Origin: Candidatus Peribacteria bacterium
Lineage (GTDB): Bacteria; Patescibacteriota; Gracilibacteria; Peribacterales; Peribacteraceae
Direction: 5' to 3'
NCBI GenBank assembly: GCA_012515645.1
Contig: JAAYXY010000012.1
Span: forward strand, 1-28,160
DNA length: 28,160 bases
The notes under the pieces were generated by a model. The model saw nothing but the letters and a program-made list of their open reading frames with translations. It ran no database searches and had not been told where the DNA came from. Of this stretch, positions 25,989 to 28,160 are shown in pieces. The first letter of the stretch is position 1. Each line of letters begins with the position of its first letter. The position numbers and the translations under genes were made by a program.

Positions 25989-27347
25989 ATGAAACACAAA
26001 TCCACCTCCATCGTACGCAGATTGCTGCGTGCGAAACGAACATTCGGCGCTGTCGCAGCCATCATTGTCTCTGCATCTGTCATGGGTGCTGCCTTGAGTG
26101 CTTCTTTGCTTCAGGAGGAACAGAAGGCAGCTCAGCCGCTTTTGGTAGAGCACATTGCTGATCGCCTGGAGGCGCGGTTGCACAAGCGTGGATTGCCGTT
26201 TCCGAGTAGGCAAGCGTTGGTTGCCGCGGTGGCGCAGAGGCAGCAGCTTCTCAGAGGCGCAGTGACAGCGCATTTTACTGATGCTGATGGCATAGTGCGA
26301 ACGGTAGCATTCAGTGTGCCAGAAGACCCACAGTGGATTCTTCCGGTATTCACGCAACAGGAGGCCGCATTCGTGATCGACCGGTCCCGGATCACAGATG
26401 CGTTGCAAGTACACATTGCCGAGCATCTGCATCCGCCCCGGCATGTGGTAATCGCAGATCTGGAGAGGCAGGGCAACATCATGCGTGCACGCACCGATGG
26501 GGCGGCACGGTCGGGTGATGTATTCCATAGTACCGGAGCGGTCACCGCGATCGCGGCGGCACTGGAAAATGGAGAAACTGAACTCACAATCCCGATTGAA
26601 CGGCAGGTGGGTACCGTCATCAATAGCACGGGTACCGGCTTGGGGCAGTTAACACTCCTGGCCACCGGTCGTTCAGATTTCCGCGGTTCCACGTGGGCGC
26701 GCATGCAGAATGTGCGAAAAGCGCTCAATGAGCATGTGCATAACGTGCTGGTGCCGCCGGGAGAGAAATTCTCCTTCAATGCAACATTGCAGGGCCCTGT
26801 GACAACAGGTAATGGTTGGCACATGGCCAAAGTGATCGTGAACGGCGTGGATTTGGTATACGCACCTGGTGGAGGGATTTGCCAGGTATCCACTACGACG
26901 TTTCGGGCGATTGTTAATGCAGGACTCGTTGCCAGGGATTGGAAAGCGCATAGCCTGTACGTTTCGTACTACGAGCACCATGGCGTTGGTCTGGATGCAA
27001 CCGTATTCCCGGGCGCGCAGGATCTCACCTTTGTGAATGATACGGGTGATTACCTGCTCTTGCAGGCGTATGACGATGGATACGATGCGTACGTGCACAT
27101 CTATGGCACGCCCGATGGGCGAAACGTGCAGATGGACGGTCCCTATTTCACCAGTGCGGCTCCTCCGGGACTCACGGTGAATGGCCGGGGACTGCGTTCA
27201 AATGAAATCGCCTGGATCCAGCGCATTATTCGTCCAGGTGGAGAGCAGGAAGAGCACATGCTCGTTGCGCGTTACCGCGCAATGCCGCAGAATCTGGCGC
27301 AGAAGTACTCACCAGTGCATGCGAGCGCAGGTGAACCGAATGGCTAA
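25989..27347 (+). CDS. VanW family protein with N-terminal membrane anchor
   Basis: VPPGEKFSFN, GGGICQVSTT, HSLYVSYY, GLDATVF, FVNDTG. Confidence 0.9.
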   Translation: MKHKSTSIVRRLLRAKRTFGAVAAIIVSASVMGAALSASLLQEEQKAAQPLLVEHIADRLEARLHKRGLPFPSRQALVAAVAQRQQLLRGAVTAHFTDADGIVRTVAFSVPEDPQWILPVFTQQEAAFVIDRSRITDALQVHIAEHLHPPRHVVIADLERQGNIMRARTDGAARSGDVFHSTGAVTAIAAALENGETELTIPIERQVGTVINSTGTGLGQLTLLATGRSDFRGSTWARMQNVRKALNEHVHNVLVPPGEKFSFNATLQGPVTTGNGWHMAKVIVNGVDLVYAPGGGICQVSTTTFRAIVNAGLVARDWKAHSLYVSYYEHHGVGLDATVFPGAQDLTFVNDTGDYLLLQAYDDGYDAYVHIYGTPDGRNVQMDGPYFTSAAPPGLTVNGRGLRSNEIAWIQRIIRPGGEQEEHMLVARYRAMPQNLAQKYSPVHASAGEPNG

Positions 27348-27418
27348 AGCATTCGCTGCCGGCGAAAGGCAGTATTTTCTTTGCTTCTGCCCGTCTGTCC
27401 CTTTACTATCAGTGTGAA

Positions 27419-27604
27419 ATGTCCAAGCGACCGACACCCAAGAAGCGGCGTGCCAAGAGCACAGGAAATACACAGTACTCTGTGTATGTCCAAAAACAGC
27501 AAAAACGTTTAACGGACGTGCAGGCATCGCCGTACGCTGTTATCGCTCCGCCGAAGAATGGTGAAGAGAAGGCATTGAAGGGGATTACAAAGATCAAGGC
27601 GTAA
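27419..27604 (+). CDS. rpmF: 50S ribosomal protein L32 (Cys-free variant)
   Basis: Basic N-terminus MSKRPTPKKRRAKS, C-terminus ITKIKA, located directly upstream of nusB and rnc. Confidence 0.75.
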   Translation: MSKRPTPKKRRAKSTGNTQYSVYVQKQQKRLTDVQASPYAVIAPPKNGEEKALKGITKIKA

Positions 27605-27608
27605 GGGT

Positions 27609-28034
27609 ATGGCACGCAAACGCCATCTCTCCCGGATTGCTGTAATGCAGGTTCTCTTCGAGCACCTGTCGCGCGGAGTGAATATGCAGGATTCGTTGCA
27701 GCGCAATGTGCGGGAGCTGGGGGAAGCGGATAGTGCGTTTGCGGAAGCACTGCTTTCTGGTGTTCTGGATCACGAAGAGGAGTTGCAGAAGGCCATTGTG
27801 GAACATGCACCCGGATGGACGCTCGAACGTATGGATCCGATTGCGAGGTGTGTATTGTTCGTTGGAACATTCGAACTCTTGTTTGCGAATGATGCGCCGC
27901 CAGCCGTAGCCATGAATGAGGCGATCGATATCGCAAAGGAGTATGGAACGGATGAGAGTGGAAAATTCGTCAATGGCGTACTCAATGCCATTGCGCACGA
28001 TCCGGCGATTGCTGTGAATCACGTGGCGAAATAA
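27609..28034 (+). CDS. nusB: Transcription antitermination factor NusB
   Basis: RHLSRIAVMQVLF, WTLERMDPI, NEAIDIAKEYG, FVNGVLNAI. Confidence 0.95.
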   Translation: MARKRHLSRIAVMQVLFEHLSRGVNMQDSLQRNVRELGEADSAFAEALLSGVLDHEEELQKAIVEHAPGWTLERMDPIARCVLFVGTFELLFANDAPPAVAMNEAIDIAKEYGTDESGKFVNGVLNAIAHDPAIAVNHVAK

Positions 28035-28094
28035 GAGGTGCAACAGGGGAAATGGGTATTTCCCATTGGCCGTTACGGCTCTACACTACGAAGG

Positions 28095-28160
28095 ATGAAA
28101 CAGCCGTCTTCCAGCGTCATTCTGGAGAAAGCAATCAGTGTGCATTTTCGCAAGAAAGAG
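28095..28160 (+). CDS. rnc: Ribonuclease III, N-terminus (truncated by window edge)
   Basis: MKQPSSSVILEKAISVHFRKKE resembles the RNase III start (LEKxIGxxF). Follows nusB; ATG lies 7 nt after TACACT. Confidence 0.65.
   Translation, partial: MKQPSSSVILEKAISVHFRKKE

Noticed and set aside
28046-28068. Hairpin before rnc as RNase III autoregulatory site
   Set aside because: The stem is only about 7 bp and lies upstream of the inferred -10 box, so it is probably outside the rnc transcript.

Overview
This is a gene-dense bacterial chromosome segment read in genetic code 11. It is most likely Candidate Phyla Radiation, Peribacteria/Peregrinibacteria-like; this is an inference from the VirB2/TrbC-like pilin pair, rpmF-nusB-rnc synteny, a CPR-type acidic lipoprotein, and retained purM/purE/pyrE. 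The window holds about 33 CDSs, mostly housekeeping (PurD-like ATP-grasp plus two GNATs, ABC exporter, purM, ftsE, rlmE, rsmG, pyrE, pheS, family-4 UDG, class II purE, DpsL, DUF389, gmk, ansA-like, manB, glgP, photolyase, BI-1, VanW, L32, nusB, partial rnc), plus three tRNA genes (Gln-CTG, Ala-GGC, Arg-GCG). I saw no integrase, transposase or CRISPR. The most unusual signals are non-coding or below the ORF-track size. (1) A 79-nt tRNA-like RNA with a 9/3 (or 8/4) cloverleaf and a lengthened anticodon arm, upstream of purE. (2) A ~390-nt highly structured intergenic element with its own extended -10 and terminator, a ~22-bp long-range helix and an overlapping SD-led 20-aa ORF. (3) A covarying palindrome family fused to tRNA CCA ends, plus duplications of tRNA 5' ends exactly 82 bp upstream at two tRNAs. 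(4) An uncalled 56-aa DnaJ-type zinc-finger gene with complete expression signals. (5) A -10 box 6-8 nt before about 17 start codons, implying widespread leaderless translation. All protein names come from motif recognition only; no database searches were run.
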